Below, piece after piece: positions 1 through 9,465 of a stretch of 64,000 nt of DNA. This DNA is from Gammaproteobacteria bacterium (GTDB lineage: Bacteria; Pseudomonadota; Gammaproteobacteria; Ga0077536): assembly GCA_043744805.1 (NCBI GenBank), contig JAYTTZ010000131.1, positions 5,290 through 69,289 on the forward strand. The letters run 5' to 3'. The notes under the pieces were generated by a model. The model was given only the letters and a program-made list of their open reading frames with translations. It made no database searches and was not told the DNA's origin. The position numbers were made by a program, and so were the translations under genes. The first letter of the stretch is position 1; each line of letters begins with the position of its first letter.

Positions 1-699
1 TCGCTCTGGTACAAGGACAACAAGCAGGAAACGGTAGACATGGCGCTTGACCAGGCGAAGCGTGCCGTCGCTTCGGTCGGTATCGAGCACGCCAACTTCC
101 GCATCCGCCTGGCGACCGGGGCGATTGCGCTCCAGCAATCCGTGAACGACGTGGTGCACCAGAACAAATGGCTTATCCTGGGCTGCCTGAACGTCATCAT
201 CCTGTTCGTGGTGAGCTTCGCCTACCGTTCGTTCGTGGCCGGTTTCATCCTCCTTATCCCCGTGAACCTGTCGAACGCCATGCTCGAAGCGGTGATGGTG
301 CTGCTCGGCATCGGGCTTGACGTCAACAGCCTGCCTATCGCAAGTATTGGCATTGGCGTGGGTATCGACTACGGCATCTACCTGGTCAGTCGCATGTGCG
401 AGGAATACCAGGACTCGCAGGACTACGGTAAGGCCATCCAGCACGCCATCCAGACTTCCGGCAAGGCGATCTTCTTCACCGCGACCATCGTGCTCATCAG
501 CATCATGCCGTGGTACTTCATGTCGAAGCTCAAGTTCCTGTCGGACATGGGCCTTCTGCTGGTGATGGTGATGACCATCAACATGATCGTCTCGCTTGTC
601 ATGCTGCCGCTGCTGGTGTGGTGGATTAAGCCGAAGTTTATCGCCGCCGAAGGCCATCTCATTTCCGAGAAGATGGACCTCACCGAACATCGGGCGTGA
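1..699 (+). CDS. RND/MMPL-superfamily exporter, C-terminal membrane domain (5'-truncated by the window edge)
   Basis: The ORF runs from the window edge to a TGA at 697-699. Hydrophobic helices such as ...LILGCLNVIILFVVSFAYRSFVAGFILLIPVNLSNAM... and ...IGIGVGIDYGIYLVSRM... resemble the last TM bundle of MMPL/HpnN-like RND permeases. Its stop overlaps the GTG start of the next gene. Confidence 0.55.
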   Translation, partial: SLWYKDNKQETVDMALDQAKRAVASVGIEHANFRIRLATGAIALQQSVNDVVHQNKWLILGCLNVIILFVVSFAYRSFVAGFILLIPVNLSNAMLEAVMVLLGIGLDVNSLPIASIGIGVGIDYGIYLVSRMCEEYQDSQDYGKAIQHAIQTSGKAIFFTATIVLISIMPWYFMSKLKFLSDMGLLLVMVMTINMIVSLVMLPLLVWWIKPKFIAAEGHLISEKMDLTEHRA

Positions 700-1775
700 T
701 TACACCCCGGTCCCAATCAGGAATTTCTTGCAAGATATCTGTGAACGAGGAAAACGTGGATAAGAGTAAAGTCATCGAGCGCCGCACAGCGCGCATCATT
801 TCGGGTTTGACGCTGTTGCTTGCGAGCGCGGCTCCTCTGGTTGGCGTCGCTGCCGAGCAGGCGCCGACCGTCCAGCTGGAAGTTGTCCACAAGGGCATTC
901 CACACGATGCGGTCTACGCCCTCAATTTCGCCGGCCAGTCGGGCCTTGCCGCAGGTGCGGCCGGCATCATCCTGGAAACCGCCGACGGCGGAGCGACCTG
1001 GAAGAAGATGGACTCACCGACGCAGGTGGGACTCTTCGGGATTACCCAGGTCGGCGACAAGAAGATCATCGTTGGCCAGCAGGGCACGGTCCTGCTTGAT
1101 CAGGGTGGCAAGTGGGTCGCCGCGAAGTCCAACAGTGACAAGCGCCTGCTGAACGTCCACTTGAACGCTGCCGGCCTGGCGATTGCGGTCGGGGAGTTCG
1201 GCACCATCTTGCGTTCCAGGGACGCCGGTACCACCTGGGAAGCCCTGACGCTCGATTGGGCCTCCTATCGGGACGACGGCTACGAACCCCATATTTACGC
1301 GGTCGACGTCCAGGACTCGGGCCGGATTGTCATCGGCGCCGAGTTCGCGTACGTGCTGGTTTCCGAAGATGGTGGCAACACCTTCAAGCTCACGAACAAG
1401 GGCGAAAAGTCCATTTTCGCGATGCACATGCTGGCCGACGGCACCGGCTATGCGGCAGGCCAGGAGGGCCTGATACTCAAGACCACCGACAACGGCAGCA
1501 CCTGGACCGCCCTGAAGAGTGGTTCCGACGCCAACCTTTTCGGCCTATGGGCTTCGCCCCAGGGCGAGATAGTCGCGACCGGCATGCGCGCGCTCCTGCG
1601 CAGCAGTGACTCCGGCAACACCTTTACCGCATCAGCGGACACCGAGGTCGTGCGCAACTGGTACGTGCCGGTAGCCATGGGTTCCACCGCGTCGAAAGGT
1701 GACGCGGGCGCGATGGTGCAGGACGTCGTTTACATCGCAGGCCATGACGGGGTCATTGCTCGCGTGTTGCGGTAG
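696..1775 (+). CDS. Ycf48-like BNR/Asp-box repeat protein (photosystem II stability/assembly factor-like), secreted
   Basis: Signal-peptide-like N-terminus (RRTARIISGLTLLLASAAPLVGVAA). Repeated S/T-x-D-x-G-x-T-W motifs (ADGGATWKKM, RDAGTTWEAL, EDGGNTFKL, TDNGSTWTAL, SDSGNTFTA) indicate a beta-propeller of the Ycf48/BNR type. GTG start at 696 overlaps the upstream RND stop; the true start may be the GTG near 763. Confidence 0.6.
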   Translation: MITPRSQSGISCKISVNEENVDKSKVIERRTARIISGLTLLLASAAPLVGVAAEQAPTVQLEVVHKGIPHDAVYALNFAGQSGLAAGAAGIILETADGGATWKKMDSPTQVGLFGITQVGDKKIIVGQQGTVLLDQGGKWVAAKSNSDKRLLNVHLNAAGLAIAVGEFGTILRSRDAGTTWEALTLDWASYRDDGYEPHIYAVDVQDSGRIVIGAEFAYVLVSEDGGNTFKLTNKGEKSIFAMHMLADGTGYAAGQEGLILKTTDNGSTWTALKSGSDANLFGLWASPQGEIVATGMRALLRSSDSGNTFTASADTEVVRNWYVPVAMGSTASKGDAGAMVQDVVYIAGHDGVIARVLR

Positions 1776-2052
1776 CACAACGGCATTAATGCCGCGTCGC
1801 ACCATAAACTACAGGAGGTTTATCCATTAAATGAAGGATAAAACCCGTTGATCATCCCTTGCGCATGGGCTAGATTCGGGGCGAAGTTCAGGTAAGTGGC
1901 GCCAATGCCGCAAACCTGCCTGATAAGAAGAACGGTTGTTGCATATCAGCAACCTAGGTGGCGGACGGGACTCAGTGGATAAAACCCCACCGGTCCTGAC
2001 CTACCGCTGGGGGACAGAGACGTAATCTCACGATTTATAGAGGAGAGCGGGA

Positions 2053-4296
2053 GTGGCCAAAAATAAACTCAAACATCTGATGCTCGCGGGCGGTACCGCC
2101 GCCTGCGCGCTCAGTGGCTCCGCGGCATACGCCGCGGATTTCAATATTTCCGGTTTTGTTCGGCAGGAAGTCTCGGTCTCCGTGTCGGATCAGGGTAACG
2201 AGTTCAACACCGCCAGCAACCCGTTCATGGGCAGGGCGATTCCGAACATCAACAATCCCGCCGTCAGCACTGGCAAGGGCTTTCCCTTCGATAACGGTGG
2301 TTTTACCAGCCCCATCGCCACGCCCACGAGCCTGACGGCTACCGGCGGCGTCCCCAGCCTCCCGTACGTTGTGGCGAACGCTGGCCGTCTCGCCGGCGCC
2401 GGCGCAGCTTGCGTTACCAAGGGCACCTGCGGCGCGACTGCCGCTGGCCTGCGTGACGACAACAGCTTCAACCTCTTCGCCACCCGCGTCGAAGTGGACG
2501 TCATGGCGCAGTGGAACGACAAGATCAAAACTTTCGTCAAGTTCCGCGCCTTCTCCGACTACCAGGAACGGTTCAACGACCAGATTTCCACTCCGGGTGG
2601 CCATTTCTCGGCTGACTATGGCTTCTACGGTCAGTCCGGCAACGTGCTGGAGTGGAACACCCCGAGCTTCATGGTCGACGTGCCGTCGGCCTATCTGGAC
2701 TACAACGACGGCCCGCTCTGGATCCGCGTGGGCCAGCAGCAGATTGCCTGGGGCGAAGCCTACTTCTTCCGCGTCTTCGACGTGCCGAACGGCCTCGACA
2801 CCCGCCGCCACTTCACCCTGGACGTGGCTGCCGAAGAGTTCTCCGACAAGCGCGTCGCCTCGCCGGCGGCCCGCGTGAGCTACACCTTCAAGAACGGCTG
2901 GGAAATCGACAGCTTCGTGCAGATGTCCGCCCCCACCACCATCGTCAACACCAACACGCCCTACAACGTCGTCGCTTCGGGTTTTACCTGGCGCGACACC
3001 GGCCAGAGCGCCATGCTCGAGAACGTGAACTACGGCGCGCGCATGACCATGCCGCTGACCGACAAGCTCACCATGGGCATGATGGCGGTGAACCGTGTGG
3101 CCCCGGAAGGCGTCGTGACCTGGACGGACGCCCCGAAGACGCAGGGTGACGGTTCGCCGAACCCCTTCTGCTTTGGTCCCCAGAACTATGCGGCGCACCT
3201 GCTGACCGGTCCCGGCACCGGCGGCTTCGACCTTCGTACCTTGGGCACTGGCCTCGACACCAACCAGAATGGCCAGAACGACGTCAACGAACTGCTGACC
3301 CCGCTGGCTAACGGCAAGTGCGGCGCCAACGCTTCGCCTGATCCGCTCGGCACGGCCTCCTGGCAGGAGTGGTATACCTTTGCCGGCAAGTCCCGCCTGA
3401 ACCCGATGGAAGGCACGCTCGGCTTCCTCAACGGTGGTGCGCAGAACTCTTCAGGTACCAATGCCTCCACCTTGACGACGGCCAACTTTGGCCTGGCCCC
3501 GGGCGGCCCGAAGGAAATCTTCAACAACATCGGTGGCAAGCCCAACAAGAAGATCCCGTTCAGCTATGCGGCTAACCGCAACATCCTGGACGCCTTCTTC
3601 AACGCCTTTGCCTTCCCCCGTGGCTACATCACCCGCAACTTCTATCGTGAGACGATTACCGGCCTGTCCGGCAATTACATCATCGATGCGACGCCGGGAA
3701 CGTGGCTCGACCAGTTGATCATCCGCGCGGAATTGAGCGTGACTCCTAACAAGAAGTTCACTTCGCTCGACCTGCGTGAAGGCACCTGGATTGAAGCCAC
3801 TGAAGTCAGCTCCGCCCTTATCCTCGAGAAGTACCACAACATCGTGCCGGGCCTGCCCGCCACCTACCTGGTGGCCCAGTGGATGCACAAGACGGAGTCC
3901 GACCTGTTCGGTCGCCACCTGAGCGGCAACGAGCATCAGTTCAAGAACGACCTCGCCTGCCTGCCGACCGCTGCCGGCAATACGGCGCTCCCGAACGCCG
4001 GCGCAACTCAAAAGGGTTGCGGTCGTCCGGAAGGTCAGGATGGTGCGGACTATGTGTCCTTCGCCTTCCAGCAGCCGTTCCCGAACCTCATCTGGCGTGC
4101 TGACTTCGCGATGCTGATTGATACCAGCGGCGGCCTGCTCCTGCAGCCTGGCGTGAAGTACAAGCCCAGCACCCACTGGCAGCTCGATGTCTACGCGAAC
4201 GTACTGCAGGACTTCACGCCAGGGCACAACGACGACGTGATCGAAACCCTGGACTTCGCGGATGAAATCTTCGCCCGGGTGAGCTACTACTTCTAA
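2053..4296 (+). CDS. Outer-membrane beta-barrel protein, DUF1302-like
   Basis: 747 aa. Signal peptide MAKNKLKHLMLAGGTAACALSGSAAYA|ADF. Gly/Asn/Thr/aromatic-rich alternating beta-strand composition and a C-terminal ...RVSYYF with terminal Phe, which is an OMP signature. A DUF1329-like gene lies downstream; DUF1302 and DUF1329 are usually neighbours. The family assignment is from memory, not a search. Confidence 0.45.
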   Translation: MAKNKLKHLMLAGGTAACALSGSAAYAADFNISGFVRQEVSVSVSDQGNEFNTASNPFMGRAIPNINNPAVSTGKGFPFDNGGFTSPIATPTSLTATGGVPSLPYVVANAGRLAGAGAACVTKGTCGATAAGLRDDNSFNLFATRVEVDVMAQWNDKIKTFVKFRAFSDYQERFNDQISTPGGHFSADYGFYGQSGNVLEWNTPSFMVDVPSAYLDYNDGPLWIRVGQQQIAWGEAYFFRVFDVPNGLDTRRHFTLDVAAEEFSDKRVASPAARVSYTFKNGWEIDSFVQMSAPTTIVNTNTPYNVVASGFTWRDTGQSAMLENVNYGARMTMPLTDKLTMGMMAVNRVAPEGVVTWTDAPKTQGDGSPNPFCFGPQNYAAHLLTGPGTGGFDLRTLGTGLDTNQNGQNDVNELLTPLANGKCGANASPDPLGTASWQEWYTFAGKSRLNPMEGTLGFLNGGAQNSSGTNASTLTTANFGLAPGGPKEIFNNIGGKPNKKIPFSYAANRNILDAFFNAFAFPRGYITRNFYRETITGLSGNYIIDATPGTWLDQLIIRAELSVTPNKKFTSLDLREGTWIEATEVSSALILEKYHNIVPGLPATYLVAQWMHKTESDLFGRHLSGNEHQFKNDLACLPTAAGNTALPNAGATQKGCGRPEGQDGADYVSFAFQQPFPNLIWRADFAMLIDTSGGLLLQPGVKYKPSTHWQLDVYANVLQDFTPGHNDDVIETLDFADEIFARVSYYF

Positions 4297-4321
4297 GCGC
4301 TGAACAACGAAGTAATCGTTC

Positions 4322-4355
4322 AAGGGCCGGCTTCATGCCGGCCCTTTCTTTTCTG
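4322..4355 (+). terminator. Rho-independent terminator after the DUF1302-like gene
   Basis: GGGCCGGC-ttcat-GCCGGCCC stem-loop followed by a TTTCTTTTCT U-rich tail. Confidence 0.55.
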
Positions 4356-4470
4356 CGCTGCGCGTCGTTAGACTCGCTTTTTACCGACCAACGACGGCTC
4401 GAACCTCCATGACGAATTCCTTTGCCGTCGCCGCGATCAACCCGCCCGAACGACAGAAAGCTCCAAGCCC

Positions 4471-5115
4471 GTGGATTTGATTGCCTACACTTGGGACTCC
4501 GCCCGAACCCTCGTCGAACTCGGAGGGCAGGTGGTCGCCGTCCAGTTGGTCATCTCAACCCTTGGCTTCGCGATCGTTCTGTACAAAATCCTGCAATTCA
4601 CCACGGTCGGCGATGGTCGTTTCAACGCCGCCAACCGCTCGGTCGACCTCTGGCTGGAAGGTGACCAGGAAACTGCCCTCGAGCAGCTTGGCAGCTCCCG
4701 GTTTACGCTGGCCCGCGACCTTAAATTTGGCCTGGAACACATCAAGACCGGAGACCGCGAACTCCTCCGCGACGAGCTCTCACGGCGTGGCATGTACTTC
4801 CTCCGCCCTTACGGTTCATTCCTGCGCGCCCTGGAAATCGTCTACTACCTCTCTCCCGTCCTGGGCCTCCTCGGCACGGTGCTCGGCATGATCGACGCTT
4901 TCCGCCACCTTGCCGCCGTCGCGGGAACGGAAAAGGGCTCGAGCGCGCTTGCGAACGGCATCTGGGAAGCCCTGGTGTGCACGGCCGTTGGTCTCGTCAT
5001 TGCCATCATCTTCACGGCGCTCCATGCCGTGCTGCAGACCCGCCTGGAGCGCGTGTCCGAAGAGACTTCGAACCTCCTCACCCGCGTGCTGACCGTCGGC
5101 GTGGGCCGTGGCTGA
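4471..5115 (+). CDS. exbB: MotA/TolQ/ExbB family proton-channel protein
   Basis: 214 aa with three predicted TM helices. The conserved C-terminal region ...YLSPVLGLLGTVLGMIDAF...ALVCTAVGLVIAIIFTALH... is typical of ExbB/TolQ. GTG start; overlaps the next gene by 8 nt. Confidence 0.8.
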   Translation: MDLIAYTWDSARTLVELGGQVVAVQLVISTLGFAIVLYKILQFTTVGDGRFNAANRSVDLWLEGDQETALEQLGSSRFTLARDLKFGLEHIKTGDRELLRDELSRRGMYFLRPYGSFLRALEIVYYLSPVLGLLGTVLGMIDAFRHLAAVAGTEKGSSALANGIWEALVCTAVGLVIAIIFTALHAVLQTRLERVSEETSNLLTRVLTVGVGRG

Positions 5116-5536
5116 ACCTGGCAAGATCTCGCTGAACCTTGGGCGTCGGCGGCGGCGTTCGATCCGGATCACGTTCGTGCCGCTGGTCGACTGTTTCATC
5201 ATCCTGCTCATTTTCTTCATGCTCCAGAGCAGCTTCGTGATCCCACATGGCATGGACCTTCGCAACGAGAAGAAAGAACAGCTGAAGGCAGGTTCAAGCA
5301 GCCAGGAATCCTCGATGGTGTACATCGAACTCCACCAGGATGGTGGCTTGTGGCTGGATGGCGAGCGTCGCGATTTGGCCGACCTGCCGCGTGCCCTGCC
5401 GAGGAAGCCTGACAAGTCCGTGATCGTGGCCAGCGATCCCGGCGTGCCGCTGCAGCGCGCCGTCGACGTCATCGACATCCTGAATGCGCATGGCCTGACC
5501 AAGGTGTCGTTGCGCGAAGCGCGGCAGTTCAAGTAG
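5108..5536 (+). CDS. exbD: ExbD/TolR biopolymer transport protein (copy 1)
   Basis: 142 aa. The N-terminal single TM with ITFVPLVDCFIILLIFFML matches the ExbD I-N-V-T-P-L-I-D-V-x-L-V-L-L-I-I-F signature, and a periplasmic domain follows. Confidence 0.75.
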   Translation: MAEPGKISLNLGRRRRRSIRITFVPLVDCFIILLIFFMLQSSFVIPHGMDLRNEKKEQLKAGSSSQESSMVYIELHQDGGLWLDGERRDLADLPRALPRKPDKSVIVASDPGVPLQRAVDVIDILNAHGLTKVSLREARQFK

Positions 5537-5540
5537 CAGG

Positions 5541-5993
5541 TTGGCCATGTCAGATCTGAGCAAACGGTCGACGATGGGTTTTGGATTCCAGCAGAGCGCG
5601 GAGGACGCGCGCGACCGCCGCTGGGAAAGCACCTTCTTCATGATCAACGTGATCTTCCTGTTGATCCTGTTCTTCATCGTGGCGGCGAAATTCGATGTCC
5701 ACCTCCAGGTGACCCCGCCCAAGTCCGCAGCCAGCAACACCTTGCCTCCAGCAGCCCCACAACTCGTGGTCCGAGCCGATGGTACCGTCAGCCTGAACGG
5801 CACGGACGTCCCGGCGAAGCAACTTGGCAAGGCGCTCAAGGCCGCAGGGGCACGGCAGGATCTCAAGATTGCCGCGGATGCGACGACGGATGCGGTGGTC
5901 GTCGCGAGGCTCATCGAGGAAGCGGGGGATTCCGGCATCACCCGCGTATCGGTCGAGACGCTGTCCCGCACGTCGAGCGACGCGGCGCCCTGA
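5541..5993 (+). CDS. exbD: ExbD/TolR biopolymer transport protein (copy 2)
   Basis: 150 aa. TM segment STFFMINVIFLLILFFIVAA followed by a periplasmic domain. Second ExbD paralog, as in exbB-exbD1-exbD2 clusters. Confidence 0.7.
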   Translation: MAMSDLSKRSTMGFGFQQSAEDARDRRWESTFFMINVIFLLILFFIVAAKFDVHLQVTPPKSAASNTLPPAAPQLVVRADGTVSLNGTDVPAKQLGKALKAAGARQDLKIAADATTDAVVVARLIEEAGDSGITRVSVETLSRTSSDAAP

Positions 5994-5998
5994 TCCCT

Positions 5999-7225
5999 TT
6001 GCCCATGTCCCGGCTGCTCCTCTGGTCCCTGCTCCTGGCAGTGTCGATTGCCCTGCATGCACTGGTGTCCTCCCGCGTTGGCAACGAGATCAAGGCTACG
6101 CAGGCGGCCACCGAGGCGCTGGCAGCGCTCGAGGCCAGGGAAAAGAAGCCACTGGTCGTGTTGGAGATCGCCAAGGCCAAGCCCGAGGAGGGCAAGCTCG
6201 AGGAGCCACCCACCGATGAGCCCCTGGATTTCGAGGAGGATTTCGAACTCCAGCCGCCCGAAGTGCTCATCGCGCCTCAGGGTGTAGTGCCGCCGCCCCC
6301 CAACGTCATGCTTTCACTTAGCGCCCAGGCGGGTGGGGCGGGCGAAGATACCCAGCCCGTCGAGATCGCACTCGCGGCCCAGAAAAGCGCCGGCGCAACT
6401 CTCGCGCGCCACGCCAACGTGCCCACCGTCGGCCTGCTTGCGCCCGGCAGCAAGGGCGGCACGGGCGGCGGTAGCGGGGGCGGCATTGCCGGCTTTGGTG
6501 TTGGCATCGGCAATGCATTGGGTGGGTCTTCCAACCAGTTCGCGGCCTACGTACAGGGCATGCGCGAAGGCGGACTCGACGTGCTCTTCGTGGTGGACGC
6601 CACGGGCTCGATGGGTTGGGTGCTGGAGGAAGTCAAAACGCGCATCCTCGACATCACCTCCGTGGTGCGTTCGCTCGTGCCGATCTCGCGCTTTGGCGTG
6701 CTGGCCTATCGCGACAAGGGCGATCCGGAATTCGTCACGAAGTTGCAGGACCTCACCTACAGCACCCTCAAGCTGCACGGCTTCCTTGCGGGGCTCAAGG
6801 CGTCCGGCGGCGGCGACATGTTCGAGGCAGTCCACCTTGCCCTGGAGCAGGGTGCCGAGCAGGCCGCATGGCGGACCGGTGCGCGGCGGATCATGATCCT
6901 CATCGGTGACGCGCCGCCGTCGGAGGACAACATAGACGCCGCCATCCGCGCAGTTTCCCGCTTTGCAGGCACCGGCGGCGTGGTGTCGGCGCTGGACGTC
7001 AGCGACCAGTCGAATCCGTCGGTGGTGGAAGCCCAGGTGGGCCGCAAGGTGAACCACGCGCTATATCGCAACGAGCCGATGTACCAGTTCCGCAATATCG
7101 CCGATGCAGGCAACGGGGATGCCGGGACCCTGGAAGGCGAGAATTCCGTCACGCGTCGGCTGGTCACGCTCATCATGGGCGACAAGTTCGCGCATGAAAT
7201 GAAAGCGCTGCTGGATCTCCTGTGA
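5999..7225 (+). CDS. TonB-like membrane-anchored protein with a C-terminal von Willebrand factor A (vWA) domain in place of the TonB C-terminal domain
   Basis: 408 aa. The N-terminal TM LLLWSLLLAVSIALHALVSS contains an S-x3-H motif (SIALH) like the TonB anchor. An acidic Pro-rich spacer (EEGKLEEPPTDEPLDFEEDFELQPPEVLIAPQGVVPPPP) and a Gly-rich linker follow. The vWA fold has a MIDAS-like DxTGS (LDVLFVVDATGSMGW), ...SGGGDMFEAV... and ...RRIMILIGDAPPSED. It sits fourth in the exbB-exbD-exbD operon, in the position normally held by tonB. Confidence 0.7.
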   Translation: MPMSRLLLWSLLLAVSIALHALVSSRVGNEIKATQAATEALAALEAREKKPLVVLEIAKAKPEEGKLEEPPTDEPLDFEEDFELQPPEVLIAPQGVVPPPPNVMLSLSAQAGGAGEDTQPVEIALAAQKSAGATLARHANVPTVGLLAPGSKGGTGGGSGGGIAGFGVGIGNALGGSSNQFAAYVQGMREGGLDVLFVVDATGSMGWVLEEVKTRILDITSVVRSLVPISRFGVLAYRDKGDPEFVTKLQDLTYSTLKLHGFLAGLKASGGGDMFEAVHLALEQGAEQAAWRTGARRIMILIGDAPPSEDNIDAAIRAVSRFAGTGGVVSALDVSDQSNPSVVEAQVGRKVNHALYRNEPMYQFRNIADAGNGDAGTLEGENSVTRRLVTLIMGDKFAHEMKALLDLL

Positions 7226-9417
7226 TGCGTAGCCGCCGCGCCACCTTCTGCATCGCCGCTTGCCTGCTGTGCTGTGGTTTACCGGCGCAGCCTGCCACTA
7301 CCGACCCCCTCGCCCGCGCCCAGTCGATGCTGGATGGCCTCACTGCCGCAACCCCGGCCCCGCAGTTTGCGGACACCGCACGCAACTTCGGCGCGCTGGT
7401 CGACGAATTGCGCCAGTCCGGGGCAGCCGACGAAGTCCTGACCAGGATGCGCAAGCTCGCGGCACGCATGCGCCAGCAGACCGAAGTGCGCTTGCAGGCC
7501 GCCGAGGCCGCAGCGGGCGAAGACGAAGGCGCCCTGGAACAGTTGTACCGATCGAGCGTCTGGGAAGACTTGAGCTTCTCGCTCACGGCCTTTCCGTTCT
7601 GGGGCAGCTGGCTCGATCTCACCATGGCCGACATCCCGGCGCGCGCGGGCGACCGAACGCAACTGCTGTGGCGGGCCAAGCGTGGCTTTCGCGCAGCGTC
7701 GATGCAGATCTACCAGCCGAGCCTCGTCTATGGCGGTTGGCTCGGCCTTGGTTTCGTGGCCGTGGCCGAAAAAACCCCCGACCGCGCGCGCGAGATTTTA
7801 AAAAGCCTGATCCAGTCGCTGTCCTTCGACGACCAGCACCCGGTGCGCAAGGCTGCGGAAGCCGAACTTGTCATCCTCGCGAAGGCGCCGGCACCCGGGG
7901 CACCCGTCGCGACGAGCACCTCCGGCTATGCCGGCGTCCCCAACCCCGTGCGTGACGAACTGCTGGTCCTGCTGGAGCAGCAGCGCAAGACCAAGGTCGG
8001 TGCGCGGGAAGCCGGCGCGAAACTGCGGGAACTCATCGCGGACGAACGCATCACCATGCCGCTCCTGGTCGATCTCATGCCCTACACGGCGGAAATCGTC
8101 AGCGAGAACACCGATCCCTACACGGATCTCTTCGCCGCCGAATTTGCCTTCCGCAACCAGCAGTGGGTGACGGCGGTGCAGAAGTACCAGAGCTTCTTCG
8201 CGCACCGCCGCGACAACCGGCAGCTCGATTTCAACCGTTTCCGCTATCGCTGGGCGGTGGCCTGCCTGAAGGCCGACCTCAACGACGCAGCCGCCAGGAT
8301 CGCGGACGACCTCGTCGACTCACCGCGCCTCGAAGCCGAAGTGGAGCGGGCGGCCGCCAAGCTCGCCTTCGTGGCACGCGCCAAGCGCCCCGACGCCAAA
8401 AACACCGGCAGTTCGCGCGCGGCGCTGAACGACGCCGCCAAGCGTTTCATCAAGAGCAATCCGTCTGATCCAGACGCCCTCGGGGCGCGCGTGCTGCTTG
8501 CACAGAACGCCGGGGATACGCAGTCAGCGCTCAAGCTGCTAGCGAACATCAAGGCGCCGGCGGGCGCCCAGGGCAGCATCGACACCACCCGCTACTTCGT
8601 CATCGCGCGGGAGTTTGCTCGCCAGGCCAACGCACCTGGTGCAAAGCTCGATGCCCTTGCGCGCGACGGCCTCAAGGTCTTCGAGGCGCTGCCCGAAGAA
8701 CAGAAGAAGAACCCCCGGAACCTCGAGTTCCTGCTGCAGCTGCGCGCGGTGGCCGATCCCGATCCTGCCGCCGTCCTCAAGGCCATCGCGCTCGCGGAGG
8801 CCAGGCCCGACGTGACGGTCAACGCCCGGCGCGCTTATTTCTGGGCCCGGCTGCGCTTGTATGACCGCCTGCATGAACCACGGCGGGCGCTTGGCGAAAT
8901 CAACGCGCTCGCGGGTGTCGTGCCAGCCTGGATGGCAGAGCAGCTCTATCCCTGGCTGAAGCAGCTCACGGACAGTGCCCTGCAAGTTGAGATTGCCACC
9001 ACCGTGGCGCCGCGCCTGAAAGCGCTGCCGGAGATGGAACGCCGTTTCCGCCTGCTTGGCATCGAGCTCCTGCTCACGGCGGAACAAGGTGAAGAGGCCT
9101 ACACCGCGGCACGCGCCTTCGTCGCCGACTTCCCGAAGGCCGGCGACGGTTATCGCATGCTGGCGCGGAGTGCGCAGGCGACGCAGCGACTCATCGAAGC
9201 CGACAATGCCTGGGCCGTGATTACCGGCAAGGTGCCGCCATCGTTTGAAATCTGGTGGGAGGGCATGTTGTCGCGCATCGAACTCCGTGCAGTGTCCACT
9301 CGCCCGGAAGCGGCCTGCGCGCTGGTGGCCAAGGTCGCCCGTCAGAAACCCCTGAACGCAGCGCTCGACGCGCGCTGGCAGGCGCTGCGCCAACGGGTGT
9401 CCTGCGCCCCAGGCTGA
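7222..9417 (+). CDS. Large secreted or lipoprotein alpha-helical-repeat (TPR-like) protein, function unknown
   Basis: 731 aa. Start overlaps the vWA gene by 4 nt. Signal peptide MMRSRRATFCIAACLLCCGLPAQP with a possible lipobox IAAC. Ala/Leu/Arg/Glu-rich helical composition throughout. It occupies the position of the TPR protein in exbB-exbD-exbD-tonB-TPR clusters. Confidence 0.5.
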   Translation: MMRSRRATFCIAACLLCCGLPAQPATTDPLARAQSMLDGLTAATPAPQFADTARNFGALVDELRQSGAADEVLTRMRKLAARMRQQTEVRLQAAEAAAGEDEGALEQLYRSSVWEDLSFSLTAFPFWGSWLDLTMADIPARAGDRTQLLWRAKRGFRAASMQIYQPSLVYGGWLGLGFVAVAEKTPDRAREILKSLIQSLSFDDQHPVRKAAEAELVILAKAPAPGAPVATSTSGYAGVPNPVRDELLVLLEQQRKTKVGAREAGAKLRELIADERITMPLLVDLMPYTAEIVSENTDPYTDLFAAEFAFRNQQWVTAVQKYQSFFAHRRDNRQLDFNRFRYRWAVACLKADLNDAAARIADDLVDSPRLEAEVERAAAKLAFVARAKRPDAKNTGSSRAALNDAAKRFIKSNPSDPDALGARVLLAQNAGDTQSALKLLANIKAPAGAQGSIDTTRYFVIAREFARQANAPGAKLDALARDGLKVFEALPEEQKKNPRNLEFLLQLRAVADPDPAAVLKAIALAEARPDVTVNARRAYFWARLRLYDRLHEPRRALGEINALAGVVPAWMAEQLYPWLKQLTDSALQVEIATTVAPRLKALPEMERRFRLLGIELLLTAEQGEEAYTAARAFVADFPKAGDGYRMLARSAQATQRLIEADNAWAVITGKVPPSFEIWWEGMLSRIELRAVSTRPEAACALVAKVARQKPLNAALDARWQALRQRVSCAPG

Positions 9418-9465
9418 ACCACGCAACGCGCCCGCCGGACTCAATGCAGGAGGAGACAAGGCCAC

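Noticed and set aside
5999-7225. Looked for a TonB C-terminal domain in the fourth gene of the exb operon
   Set aside because: None is present; the C-terminal half is a vWA fold. No separate tonB-like ORF is found within the operon.
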